Assembly: GCA_951406725.2 (NCBI GenBank)
Contig: OX597830.1
Coordinates: forward strand, 73,718,001-73,782,000
Direction of reading: 5' to 3'
Source: Octopus vulgaris
Taxonomy: Eukaryota
Length of the DNA stretch: 64,000 bases
Part shown: positions 1 through 12,445 of the stretch, in pieces
Position numbering within the stretch: the first letter of the stretch is position 1
Layout: the number at the start of each line of letters is the position of its first letter
Notes under the pieces: model-generated
Told to the model about the DNA's origin: nothing
Databases searched by the model: none
The model's input: only the letters and a program-made list of their open reading frames with translations
Position numbers and translations under genes: made by a program

Positions 1-128
1 ACTTAATTTATCGAACCCGAAAGGATGAAAGGCAAGGTCGACTTCGGCAGAATTTGAGCTCAGAATGTACAAATTGACAAAATTGTTGTTAGTTACTTTG
101 CCGGGCGTGCTAACGATTCTGCCGCCTT
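1..128 (-). mobile_element. SINE family A (tRNA-derived, Meta-like core), truncated by window edge
   Basis: Reverse complement of GGCGGC..AGAATCGTTAGCACGCCCGG..GTCGACCTTGCCTTTCATCCTTTCGGGTTCGATAAATTAAGT, a motif recurring more than 20 times in the window. Confidence 0.85.
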
Positions 129-832
129 ATATCTTGCTTTTAATGTTCTTTTAATAGTAGAAACTGCATGAGCTACTCAAAGATTTAGCAAGCTCTTCAA
201 AATCCATCACACTGCTGGAAACCCTTCCCATACTGTCAGCAAAATATCTCAGGGTCACAATCATATGCTCCTAAGCCAGTGAGTTTCGCCTCAGTACTTC
301 GGGGCGCTTCCTCAGCGAGGACTGACCTGGTCTATATGTATATGGAAATGTTCCACGGTCTCTTATCAACCAGAGCCACATCGAGCTAGTTTTAGCAATC
401 GCGCCTGTCTCAATGATGTTTCTCTTCAGTTGTCTGACTTCCAGACCTATCTTCTACATGACATAACATATGCAACACTGATCATACGTGTGTATATATA
501 TATAAATATGTGTGTGTATGTGTGTGTGTGTATACATATATGCATACACTCCATCATGAATATGTAGAGCGCTGAAGTAGTTTGCCAAGGGAAAACACCT
601 TCTCCTTTATAAGAAACGTATATTCATAACATTCTCGATTCATTAGCGGAAAAAGGTTTTCCCTACAATCGGGATCTCGAAATCCGTTTCATTAAGAATG
701 CCGTGACGATCGAAAGTTTTTCGTTAATCCACTATTTTATGTAAATATTAATACCAATAGATAGCCAAGTATAGCAGAACTTTAATGTGTTGAGGTGGCT
801 TAATTGCCTGAAAAAGTTCATAATTAACTTCT

Positions 833-863
<31 letters not shown>

Positions 864-1094
864 GCACAAATAAACACACACAAACAAACACACATATAGA
901 AACAGAACAGATGAATAAAAGAAGATTTGTTTTATCAGTGTTTTTTTATCTCTCTTTGTATGTATATCCGTATATCCACCACGCTTGTTTTCCCACTAAA
1001 ATACTTTCTACCTCATATATATGTACATATATATATATAATGGTACTGGACCAGTTTCGAAACTGGGTCATTCGCCATGATAGATCGCTAGCCA

Positions 1095-1424
1095 CCTGGT
1101 ACTTAATTTATCGTTCCTCGAAATGATGACAGGTAAAGTCGACCTCGGTAGAATTTTAATTCACAACATAAAGACAGACGAAATACAAATTTCTATTTCT
1201 TTACTACCCACAAGAGCCTAAATACAGAGAGGACAAACAAGGGCAGAAAAACGAATTGTGTCGTTTATATCGACCCCAGTGCATAACTGGTACTTATTTA
1301 ATCGACCTCGAAAGGATGGAAGGCAAAGTCGACCTCGGCGGAATTTGAACTCAGAACGTAGCGCCAGACGAAATACGGCTACGCATTTCGCCCGGCGTGC
1401 TAACGTTTCTGCCAGCTCGCCGCC

Positions 1425-1427
<3 letters not shown>
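1095..1427 (-). mobile_element. SINE family A, composite (two core units)
   Basis: Head GGCGGCGAGCTGGCAGAAACGTTAGCACG at ~1425 on minus; two core units separated by tail-1 (GGACAAACAAGG). Confidence 0.9.
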
Positions 1428-1469
<42 letters not shown>

Positions 1470-1613
1470 CATACATGTATATAGATATATGTATGTATGT
1501 ATTTGTTTGTATATATATATATATATATACATACATACATACATACATACATACATACATACATACATGTGCGTGTGTGTGTGTGTATGCATAAATATTT
1601 ATACATACATACA

Positions 1614-1666
<53 letters not shown>

Positions 1667-2562
1667 CGGAATACATGCATAGGAATGAATATGAAACTGA
1701 AAACGGGAAGAGAAACAACACAAGAAAAACAGAAAGAAAGTAAAAAGAAAATGAAGAAATAAAAATCATCGTAAGAAAGTCAGAAAGTCAAATAGCCTGA
1801 CTACTGAGCGGTTGATCAGTGTCACGGTTGGTTTGGTTACCCTGGGTGTATGTAGAGAGAGAGGGAGAGAGAGAAGATGTTATTTATGGACAACACCTTT
1901 CCAACTGCGGTCCATAAATAAGATTTAACAAAAGATAGGAGATTACCGCTTCCTTCCTTTTTTTTTATCATCTTTCCTTTCATCTTCCGTTTCTTGCTGT
2001 TTCTGCTTCTGTTGTTGTTGTTGTTGTTGCTCTCCTTCTCTTTCCTCTCTTCTCACTCCCACCTCATCTGCTCTCCTTTCAGACCGTTCCCACTGCATGC
2101 TCTTCTTTGCTCTCTTTCGCTCTCCTCATCCCTTCGCTCGCTCGCTCATCTCAGACATCTTCTCACTAATGTTTACTGTTTTATTGTGTGCTAATTCCTG
2201 TAATGGTCAACTGGTCAAAGGAAACAACATCACTAAGATAGCTGAACTACCGAACAGCGGAGAAGATTTACGCTAATGGGGAGAGGAAAATAAAAACGCA
2301 AACAAAAAAACAAACAAGCAGACTACCAAACATGAATAAATAATCTTATACGGGATTATAATTTATGATAATTTTATTGTAATTTTATTATAATTTATTA
2401 GTGTGGAGAATTATTGTGAATTATTGTGACTTATGGATGTCACTATAACTTCTCGTTTTCTGCCAGCAAGTCTGTTGGTTTTCCTTTGTACTAACAGCCG
2501 GCTACTTTACACACATACCTATTATATACATATTTATTTCTACTTACATTCACACAAATACG

Positions 2563-2621
<59 letters not shown>

Positions 2622-2671
2622 GCACGCTTACACCTGCGTATGTTTATGTGTGTGCGTCTGTATTACATATA

Positions 2672-2764
<93 letters not shown>

Positions 2765-2779
2765 ATATATATATATATA

Positions 2780-3040
2780 TACTTCACTTAATTTCAGTCA
2801 TTTGTCTGCGGCCATGTTGGAGCGCCGCCTTGAGGGATTTAATCGAACAAATCGAACCCACGTCTTATTTTTGAAGCCTTGTACTTATTCTATCGAGTTT
2901 TTTGCCGAACCACTAATGTTACAGGGACGTAAACACGCCAACACCCGTTGTCAAGCGGTGATAGGGGGACAAATACAAACACACACATAGATATATACAT
3001 GCATATTGCATACGAAGGCTTCTTTCAGTTTTCCGTTTAG
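2780..3040 (-). mobile_element. SINE family B (CORE-like), 3' part
   Basis: TTTCAGTCATTTGTCTGCGGCCATGTTGGAGC..GTACTTATTCTATCG..GCTTCTTTCAGTTT matches other family B copies. Confidence 0.85.
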
Positions 3041-3362
3041 CTTGCTAGGGGCACTAGGTCTGTGGGACGACCGTTCTTACGATACAAGGATGTTTCCAAA
3101 GGGACATGAATGCCTGCAACATTAATATTACCAACTGGGAAGCAGTTGCCAGCAACCGTGGAAATTGGCGACGTACCGTAAAAGAGGGAACACAAAGAGT
3201 GTCATAGAGAGAGAGGAGAAATGGAAAGACAAGAAAAGACGACAACAAGAAAGTATGACATTACAACTAGCCAGGCAAAGTCTTCGCTACATTTGCGGCA
3301 CCTGCCAGAGGGAGTGTTTGTCCAGGATAGGACTACACAGCAGGAGACGTATTAGGACATGA
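3040..3362 (+). mobile_element. RTE-clade LINE 3' fragment (frameshifted)
   Basis: Translates across frames to RSVGRPFLRYKDV..RDMNACNINITNWEAVASNRGNWRRTVKEG then YICGTCQRECLSRIGLHSRRR, the typical RTE C-terminus with a zinc-finger-like end. Confidence 0.85.
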
Positions 3363-3399
3363 AATGTAAAAGCCGGGCTAGATTATTTTATGAGCAACT

Positions 3400-3611
3400 G
3401 GAATTTTGGCATATGCGCATAAAACTCAGTAGTATGGGATATATGTGGCACGATTACAATTTTTGGGGTGTGTGTAAAGAGGGTAATAACCCTCATCTGC
3501 AATTTTGATGAAATTCGAAACATAGATATTCCAGTTCATTAGAGAAAATATAACAGAAAAGTCTAATTCTTCAATTGTATGTAACACGGGCAACGCCGGG
3601 TATCTCTGCTA

Positions 3612-3612
<1 letters not shown>
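3400..3612 (+). mobile_element. Non-autonomous Helitron 3' end
   Basis: Subterminal hairpin CACGGGCAACGCCGGG (3585-3600), then CTAG|T at 3609-3613; same terminus type as the element at 26994; 5' boundary uncertain. Confidence 0.75.
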
Positions 3613-3644
<32 letters not shown>

Positions 3645-3646
<2 letters not shown>

Positions 3647-3968
3647 TTTATTCTTTTACTATTTCAGTCATTAGGCTGCAGCCAAGCTGGAGCACCAACT
3701 TAAAGGGTCATAGTTGTAAAGCTAGTATTTATTCCTGAACCGCTAAGTTAAAGGGCCGCTAAGTTAAAGGGCGATGACAGACAGACAGACACACATACAC
3801 ATATATACAACGGGTTTCTTCTAGTTTTCTTCTACCTAATCCACTCTCAAGGCTTTGATCGGCCCGAAGCTATAGTAGAAGACACTTGCCCAAGGTACCA
3901 CACAGTGGCACTGAACCCGGAACTATGTGGTTGAGAAGCAAGTCTCTTACCACACAGCTACGCCTGCA
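3645..3968 (-). mobile_element. SINE family B
   Basis: CTATAGTAGAAGACACTTGCCCAAGGTACCAC..CTGAACCCGGAAC..CTTACCACACAGC. Confidence 0.88.
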
Positions 3969-3983
3969 TACATATATATATAT

Positions 3984-4036
<53 letters not shown>

Positions 4037-4249
4037 CACGCACACACACACACATATGAAGGTTCTGGTTTTAACTAATCCAGCTTAAGAAGCTTCGTAA
4101 TAAGATATTGTACACCACCCTGGATTAGATCATGTGAAAAATACTTAGGTGCCTTGCATTGATGGACGAAGGTGAGGGATTATCAAAAGGCTGTCTCAAG
4201 TAACCTAACCTCCGCTCTTGTAGTAACGATTAACTTAAGTACGACCGCC

Positions 4250-4465
4250 GTCCCCCCCCCCACCACAACAACAACAACAACAGCAACAACAACAACAACA
4301 AAAACAACAACAACAACAACAACATTACTGCGAACTTCACCACCACTACCACCACCGCTTACTTCACCACTGCCATCGGTACTACAACTATCTATATACC
4401 ATTACCAGAAATCTACATCATCACTACCATTCTTTTCAGTACCACCATCCTTACAGTTTCAGCAA

Positions 4466-4528
<63 letters not shown>

Positions 4529-4530
4529 AA

Positions 4531-4564
<34 letters not shown>

Positions 4565-4850
4565 CATCACCACCACATCACTACCAGTATCGTCACAACC
4601 ACTACCCGTACACTTCCTCTTCACTCCTGCCGAGGCATTTCGTCCTTACTCTTCCTTTGACTACTGTAATTATTAGTACCTCCACTACCACTACCAACAC
4701 CAACACTAACACCACCACCACCACCACCACTGAAGGTGCCACTGCAGCCGCCATTGCAGCTGCCTCTGCAGCCGCCAGTTCCATCCACTGCGGCCTCCAG
4801 CACCTCTGCCACCACCACTCTCAATGCCACTACCAATGTAACAATTGGTA
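4250..4850. repeat. Compound trinucleotide low-complexity tract (CAA/CAC/TAC)n
   Basis: Directly visible; explains overlapping poly-T/Y/H ORFs. Confidence 0.9.
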
Positions 4851-5194
4851 ACACTTGATAACAGAAAGAAATCTCTTCCAAGGATGGAATTGCAAGAAAT
4901 AACAACCAATTCCCCATCAGATTACACCTTATAAACAGAAAGATAGATTGAAATATGTTGACCGATATATATATGACATCTAAATAAAAGATGAGAATGG
5001 CTACGGCTGGAACGCTTGTGATTATAAGAACTCTCAGTCAGAACTGACGCCGTGATGATCAGCTGCAAGTCCTGAAGTATAGATGACAGACTGACTTGAT
5101 AGAACGGCGGATGAAACGTCCAGCCTCGGTTAGCTACGGCTGTTTCCCTTCTGAGTTCAGAACACTGTTGTTTCTAGTCCATTTTCATTCCTTT

Positions 5195-5597
5195 TCTATT
5201 CTAGGCACAAGGCCCGAAACTTGCGGGGAGGGGGCCAGTCGATTAGATTCGAACCCAGTACGCAACTGGTACTTAATTTATCGACCCCGAAAGGATCAAA
5301 GGCAAAGTCGACCTCGGCGAAAATTTGAACTCAGAACGTAAAGTCAGATGAGATACCTATTTCTATTTCTTTACTGCCCACAAGGGGCTAAACATAGAGG
5401 GGACAAACAAGGACAGACAAACGGATTAAGTCGATTATATCGACCCCTGTGCGCAACTGGTACTTAATTTATCTACCCCGAAAGGATGAATGGCAAAGTC
5501 GACCTCGGCAGGATTTGAACTCAGAACGTGGCGGCAGACGAAATACAGCTACGCATTTCTCCCGGCGTGATAACGTTTCTGCCAGCTCACCGCCTTA
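5195..5597 (-). mobile_element. SINE family A, composite full length
   Basis: Tail-2 (CTAGGCACAAGGCCCGAAA), core, tail-1, core and head CCAGCTCACCGCC all present. Confidence 0.92.
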
Positions 5598-5702
5598 TCC
5601 ATTTTTCATTCCTTCGAAGGACAAGTTCCTTCACACCATTAATCAAACATTTGTGGTCTTGTTCCTTTGTAAGTGTTCGACAAATATTTGTAGAATAATG
5701 AA

Positions 5703-6100
5703 GACGCAGGAATGGCTGTGTGGTTAAGAAGTTCGTTTTGCACTCATATGGTTTCAGGTTCAGTCGCACTGCGCGGCACTTTGGGCAAGTGTCTCCAACT
5801 ATAACTCTGAGCCAACCAATGCCATGTGAATATATTTAGATGACAGAAACTAGGTGGAAGACCGTTGTGCATGCATGTCTCTGTGTGTGTGTGTGTGTGT
5901 GTGTTTGCGTTTGTCCCAATGCTACTTGCCAACCGGTGCTGGTTTATTTACATCCCAGGAAGCCAGCGGTTCGGCAAAAGACGACCGATTGAATACTTAC
6001 CGGCTTTTAAAAATAAGTAACGGGCTACATTTATTCACTCATCCATCCAATGTGATGCCCAAGCATGGCTGCACTCCAGTAACTGAAACCAGTAAAAGAT
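5703..6100 (+). mobile_element. SINE family B full length
   Basis: tRNA-like head GCAGGAATGGCTGTGTGGTTAAG..GGTTCAGTC, CORE-like CTTTGGGCAAGTGTCT, internal (TG)n, tail CTGAAACCAGTAAAAGA. Confidence 0.9.
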
Positions 6101-6121
6101 AAATCGTAAAAGATAAATCAT

Positions 6122-6543
6122 TACTCTTTTACTCTTTTACTTGTTTCAGCCATTTGACTGTGGCCATGCTGGAGCACCGCCTTTGGTCCAGCAAATCGAC
6201 CCCAGGACTTATTCTTTGTAAGCCTAGCACTTATTCTATCGGTTTCTTTTTGCCGAACTGCTAAGTTACGAGGACGGAAACACACCAGCATCGGTTGTCA
6301 AGCGGTGTTGGGGGGAGAAACACAGACACACAAACATACACAGACACACACACACGCACATATATATATATACATATATACGACGGGCTTCTTTCAGTTT
6401 CCGTTTACCAAATCCACTCACAAGGCTTTGGTCGGCCTGAGGCTATAGTAGAAGACACTTGCCCAAGGTGCCACGCAGTGGGACTGAACCAGGAACCATG
6501 GGGTTGGTAAGCAAGCTACTTCCCACACGGCCACTCCTACGCC
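6122..6543 (-). mobile_element. SINE family B full length (young-looking)
   Basis: Close match to the 15043, 27797 and 58822 copies; tail (GAGTAAAA)n on minus. Confidence 0.93.
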
Positions 6544-6917
6544 ATTAGAGCATGTTACAAAAATGCCTTGTAGAATTTACCTATAAACATTTAGGTTAAG
6601 AGTTCAAATCCTGACTAGATTAATTTTGAATTTCATACAGCCTTGGTAGATAAAAGAATTGCCAGCTAACTGGATCCATATAAAAGATTTCACTATACCA
6701 CTAATTTGAACGCTTGACCGTATATTGAAAATCTATATTCAGTAACCTAATGTTGATCTTCTGAATACTTATAATACAAGAAGAAAAAAGAGAAAAGGAA
6801 TTGCGGTCTAATTTCAGAATTAGCTACAGGCAAATCCAGCTTTTGATGTTCTGAAAGTCGCTACATTAAGAGCTGAAGGATCGGTTTTAATCACCTATAT
6901 ACTTCGTTTAATTTCAA

Positions 6918-6964
<47 letters not shown>

Positions 6965-6994
6965 TTATGTGTGTGTGTGTATAAATATATATAT

Positions 6995-7127
6995 ATTTCC
7001 TGAAGATTTCTCTTGAATGAAACAGTTCTAGTCCTGTAGAATCTCCTTCTATATAATAAATTAATTTTACTCTGCTATGTATTGAGTACCTTATTTACTG
7101 TGGTTAACCCCGAATCAACCCGGGACC

Positions 7128-7130
<3 letters not shown>
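6995..7130 (+). ncRNA. Type-I hammerhead ribozyme-like motif in Penelope-type remnant
   Basis: TTC-CTGAAGA-T TTC tctt GAA T-GAA-ACAG ttctagtc CTGT-A-GAA (6997-7041), followed by AATAAA; flanked by (TA)n. Confidence 0.6.
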
Positions 7131-7177
<47 letters not shown>

Positions 7178-7714
7178 AATACATAAATATATGTATATAT
7201 ACAAAATATATAATTTATATATATCTGTTATATATATGTATATATATATATATATATAATATACACGCACATATATATGTGTATTATTTTATACACACAC
7301 ACAAGTATATGTAGAAATATATATATATGCAACCACACATACAACCATACATACACACATACATATTAGAATGAACTCTTCCCTTTGACCCCATTTTCTG
7401 CCCCCAGACCACCACCAACACCACCACCACTACACCCAACAGTAATTCCATCACCTAGACCCACTACACTACTCTATCCCACATCCCTTGAAAATCTTTG
7501 TTGCTACGGCGGAGAAAGTCGGACTTAGAGCCATTAAGAACAGTCCTGGGATAAATCTTTCTCTAATGGCCGAAATAAATGGGCGACTTTTGAATGGTTG
7601 AGACCGTCTTGCTTTAACGGGTGGGGATATAGGAAACTGGTGGTACTGGTGGTGGCGGTGGGGTTTGATGATAATGATGATGGTGGTGGCGATAGCAACG
7701 ATGGAGTTGATGGT

Positions 7715-7748
<34 letters not shown>

Positions 7749-7982
7749 AATGATTATGGTGGTAATGGTGGTAGTCTTGGTGATGATGGGAATGTTTATA
7801 ATGTCGCTGAAGAGGAATAGGAGGAGAAGAATAGTAGTGGTGGTAGTACTAATTGTGGTGAAGGTGATGACTATGATGATGGCGGTATTGGCAACGCTTT
7901 GAAATATGAAGTCCAGTGTAAGATGAAAAATGAAATCTTAAGTATAATGTTTGATACGCTTTTTAAAAATTATTTTCATATA

Positions 7983-8100
7983 CAGTAATCCCTCGACTAT
8001 CACGGGTGTTTCGTTCCAAAAAACCCGCGATAGGTGAAAATCCGCAAAATAGAAACAGTTGTGTATATTTTTTTCATTATTTTTATAATTTGTATATATT
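7983..8100 (+). mobile_element. pogo/Tigger-like DNA transposon end
   Basis: TA|CAGTAATCCCTCG terminus typical of pogo/Tigger TIRs; partner TIR not seen. Confidence 0.55.
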
Positions 8101-8159
8101 TATTTTATTATAAATGCAAATCAACACCACAGAGGGATCGATATAAACTAAAATAATCC

Positions 8160-8580
8160 TTTCTACTATAGTCACGAGGCCTGGATTTTGGGGGTGGAGG
8201 ATAGTCGATTACATCGACCCCAGTGTTTCACTGGTACTTAATTTATCGGAGCCCGAAAGGATGAATTGCATAGTCGACCTCGGTGGAATTTGAACTCAGA
8301 ACGTAGCGACGAGCAGAGTACCGCTAAGCATTTCGCCCAGTGTGCTAACGATACTTATTTCTTTGTTGCCCACAAGGGGCTAAACATAGAGGGGACAAAC
8401 AAGGACAGAGAAAGGGATTAAGTCGATTACATCGACCCGAGTCGAAACTGGTACTTAATTTATCGACCCCGAAAGGATGAAAGGCAAAGTCGACCTCGGC
8501 GGAATTTGAACGTAGCGGCAGACGAAATACCGCTAAGCATTTCGCCCGGCGCGCTAACGTTCCTCCCAGATCGCCACCTT
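8160..8580 (-). mobile_element. SINE family A, composite
   Basis: Two core units plus both tails. Confidence 0.9.
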
Positions 8581-8754
8581 ACAACTTGTTATGTATAACC
8601 TTGGATTTCTTGCTCATAGGTAAAAAGAGAAAAACATGATAGTAGTCGTGACTAAAATTTGCTTGATAATAGGTCTACTCGATCAAGGCTGATATTTGGA
8701 TATTCAACAGCGACAAAACAAACAACTGGAACAGTAGTAACACAGCAACAATCA

Positions 8755-8970
8755 TTTCTAGTTTTGGCTCAAGACCAGCAAACTTGAATGGAGAGTAAAG
8801 GCGATTACACCGACCCCAGCGTTCAACTAGTGCTTTATTTTATCGAGCCCGAAAGGATAAAAAGCAAAGTCAACCTCGGCGGAATTTGAACGAAGAAAGT
8901 AAAGACGGACGAAATGCCGCTAAGCATTATTGTTCAACGCACTAACGATTCTGCCAGCTCACCGCCTTAA
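8755..8970 (-). mobile_element. SINE family A monomer
   Basis: Core CCCGAAAGGATAAAAAGCAAAGTCAACCTCGGCGGAATTTGAAC and head CCAGCTCACCGCC. Confidence 0.88.
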
Positions 8971-9884
8971 CGAACAGAACAGTAAGAAGAGGAAAAATGA
9001 AAACAGCAACAACAACAGCAGAAACAGTGGCAAAAACCATTATTTTTCATCGTATTAAAAAACGTATAAATGGAGGAAAATAGTTTTGTTTTATGCCAAA
9101 AGAAAAAAAGAACACAACAAAACCATAACAAGGGTACCTAAAAAACAAAACGAAAACAACACGTGACAAATGACTGATGACTGCATTGTTTGTATAATTG
9201 GAATTTTTGTTAAACTACTTACCTTGGAACCGGGGAAACAAAAAACAAAAAAAAACAGACTCTGTAGTCTGAGAGGGTAAGTAAACTAAAAAACCATGAT
9301 AAAAGAATTACCAATACGGTTCCCGTTCTCTTGTGGTGTATTTAAAATGTCACGAAATTCGTTTTATGTAAATGCGAAAGAATAACTTAAAAAAGCAATT
9401 AAAATTAAAAACCGAAAAGCAAAGTAATGAAACAAAACAAGGGGAGACAATAAAATATGCCACAAATAGCTGCCAGCAAATGATAAATGAAATGATATAT
9501 ATATATATATATAAGGGTTCGTACATATTTGTAGGGAGTCTCGCTATCCATGGTTCCATTTTATTTTTTGTTTTGTTTTTTTTTATTACATGTTATAGGA
9601 CTTTTAAATATTATGGGAACAAAGCGATTACTAAAGAACAATTAATCAATGTTTTCCACTATTTCCATTACACACAGTGATAGGTTCTTCGAGATATTTT
9701 GACATGACTTGTGTCACGTGAGATAAATTATATATAACGTATATGTATATATGTGTGTGCTACAGTGTGCGTGTCTTCGTGCGTGTATATGTGTGTGTTG
9801 TGTGCGTATGTGTGCATATGCATGTATGTATGTATGTATGTATGTATGTATGTATGTATGTATGTATGTATGTATGTGTATGTA

Positions 9885-9948
<64 letters not shown>

Positions 9949-9964
9949 TATATATAGCATTTTT

Positions 9965-10135
9965 CAGATAGCCAGATAACCGAAGAGATGGTGTTGTGGA
10001 TTTCCACTTCGGCATCTGAAACTCAGAGTTTTATCTTGACTATTGAGTAATGTAACATATTATTTTATAGATAAATTTCCTCTACTTACATAATATTGAG
10101 GTCTCTTTCTTTCTTTTGTTATCTTACCGTTTTTA

Positions 10136-10140
<5 letters not shown>
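9965..10140 (+). ncRNA. Hammerhead-like motif (CCGAAGA core variant) in Penelope-type remnant
   Basis: Helix I GATAA/TTATC (9975-79/10031-35), core CCGAAGA, helix II GATG..CATC with inner GTGG/CCAC hairpin, GAA, helix III ACTC-A-GAGT, site GUU; between two (TA)n tracts. Confidence 0.65.
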
Positions 10141-10198
<58 letters not shown>

Positions 10199-10829
10199 TC
10201 ACACTCTTTGTCTCTTCCGCCTTCTCTTATTTTTCATTTTTCCTTTTTGCACAGCTTGATTCCTGAGTAAGAGCTAACGTCCAAAACCTCTGCATATTCC
10301 ACATTCATTTCAAATACTCGTTTTAAGTGTCTAGCTATTATATCTTACTTCACTATTTCCTTTTTCTCATTTGTTCTGTCTGTATTATTTTAGAAACGTT
10401 GTTTAATTTTACACTATGCGTTGTCCGTACGTGCGTGACCGATCGTATACGCACATGTTTGTTTGTGTATGTATGTGTGCATCTGTGTGTGTGTGTGTGT
10501 GTGTGCGCGTTAACATTCTTCTTCGTATAGTTATATAAAACTATTGTCTGTTGTTTTGTTGATTTGGAAATTAATAATTTATTTGCTTACTTATGTTCCC
10601 GAATTTATGACCAACAATGTCATTTCTATATTCCCATTTTGACTAGATAGCCTTTTTTTACCTAGAGAGATGGGGTTGTAGAGCGAGAAAAAAAGGAGGT
10701 TAAAGGGGTAGAAAAAGTGCCAGAAAGAGAGAACGAAGTCCTTGCAATTAAGTACATAATTACACCTACAATTGTAAACCCGAGCAGATAACCAAGATTT
10801 GGCCACTGACGCTATTTCTTGGCACATTC

Positions 10830-11060
10830 TTATTTCTTTATTACCCACAAAGGGCTAAATATAGAGGGGACAAACAAGGAAAGACAAAGGGATTAAGTCG
10901 ATTAAATCGACCCCAGTGCGTAACTGGTACTTAATTCATCGACCCGAAAGGATGAAAGGCAAAGTCGACCTTGGCGGAATTTGAACTCAGAACGTAACGG
11001 CAGACGAAATACCGGTAAGCATTTCGCCCGGCGTACCAACGCTTCTGCCAGCTCGCCGTC
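10830..11060 (-). mobile_element. SINE family A (tail-1 monomer)
   Basis: Full head, core and tail-1; flanked by TTCTTGGCACATTCT / TTTTGGCACATTCT, a probable TSD. Confidence 0.92.
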
Positions 11061-11229
11061 TTTCTTTTGGCACATTCTGTTATACACTACCCCTGTTTCG
11101 ACTTCCTTTCTATTCATATAGGGAGACTGTATGAATTACCTTCAGGCATGTGTTGGGTATGCTCCGTTGTAACGTGTTGCTGCTTTCACTAATTGTCGGT
11201 ATATTCCCGGGTTCTCCTGGGTGACCTGT

Positions 11230-11510
11230 CTAGTCGAGTGCCAGTCAATCTCCATTTCCGCGAGTCACCTCCTCGTCTGCCGTGACAATGTGGCATGTGG
11301 TCTACCAACACGAACCGTTAACCCAGCCGGATCCTCAGGAAAAGTAAACAGGGTCTAACTTTTCAAATCGAGCAACAGAGCCAAACAATCTAAGCTGGTG
11401 CTCCCGAATCATACAAACGATAGGAAGCATCTCAATTTGAGTAGAGTCGTCTGTTGGATACGAAACCCCAACCAATGGTGACCCATGATCCTACGTATCT
11501 GAATGTATAA
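11230..11510 (-). mobile_element. RTE-like LINE ORF 3' fragment
   Basis: Minus strand reads, with frameshifts, IRRIMGHHWLG..SNRRLY..MIREHQLRLFGSVARFEKLDPV..DPAGLTVRVGRPHAT, matching the RTE LRxFGHVAR..RGRP motif. Confidence 0.7.
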
Positions 11511-11859
11511 CAATCACACAATTTCCCAAATTGGGAATCATATAAACAGTTGTTACAAATAATTAGTCATGCTATCAAGCAACGAGAATTTTTGCCACAA
11601 CCAATGCACAAACGTATGCTTAAGTTAATATAGTTGCTTTTTCTTATGTACAAACGCATTTTTGCTAAGCACATAGATTCTCATAATCATTTATTCTCTA
11701 AACTAATTCAATAGAGTTTTTAAAGACAACCATTGAATATCCTTCTATATTTACTCAGAGATTTTGAAATTTCTACGACTAATACAGTGAAGCAAAACCA
11801 TCGTTAATACATTCTATATAGTTAACGCTTTTCATTACCAAAGTAATTAAGACAAACAT

Positions 11860-12075
11860 TGGTTTCAAATGTTGGTAAAAGTCCAGTAATTTCGGGGTAG
11901 CGAGTAAGTCGATTATACCAACATCAGTGCTTAACTGGTACTTCTTTTAGCGACCTCGAAAAGACGAAAGACTGAGCCGACCTCGGCAAAATTTGATCTT
12001 AGAACATAAAGGTGTACGAAACACCGTTAAGCATTTTGACCGGTATGGTAACGATTCTGCCAGCTCACCGCCTTA
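11860..12075 (-). mobile_element. SINE family A monomer, diverged
   Basis: Core and head recognisable. Confidence 0.8.
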
Positions 12076-12179
12076 AGCAATTAATCAAATTATTGCATCA
12101 AATTTTGGCGTAAGTTCAGAAATTTCAGGGGCTGAGTCAAGTCGATTACATTCACCTCAGTGAATGCAGGATGAAAAGC

Positions 12180-12364
12180 AGGACCAAAACGGCTTTATCG
12201 ATCGCATTCTCACCTGGAATCGATTTTTGAAATTTTTTCAAGACTTATACACGCCCTGATACTGTCGGTATCTACATATCAAATTTGAGCGTAATCGGAT
12301 GGAGGATGCCCGAGATCCTAGAAGACACACAGACAGACAGACAGAACGTAATTTTATATAACAG

Positions 12365-12365
<1 letters not shown>
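12180..12365 (-). mobile_element. Helitron-like element 5' end
   Basis: Minus strand starts A|TCTGTTATATAAAATTAC..(CTGT)n, like the 5' end of the element at 27387. Confidence 0.55.

Positions 12366-12445
<80 letters not shown>

Noticed and set aside
283-316. Minus-strand CTGAGGA...GAAAC hammerhead
   Set aside because: Helix II is plausible, but helix III, the cleavage triplet and helix I are missing
1258-1743. ORFs with [12 protein letters not shown] runs across the window
   Set aside because: Dinucleotide and tetranucleotide repeats, often fused to SINE sequence
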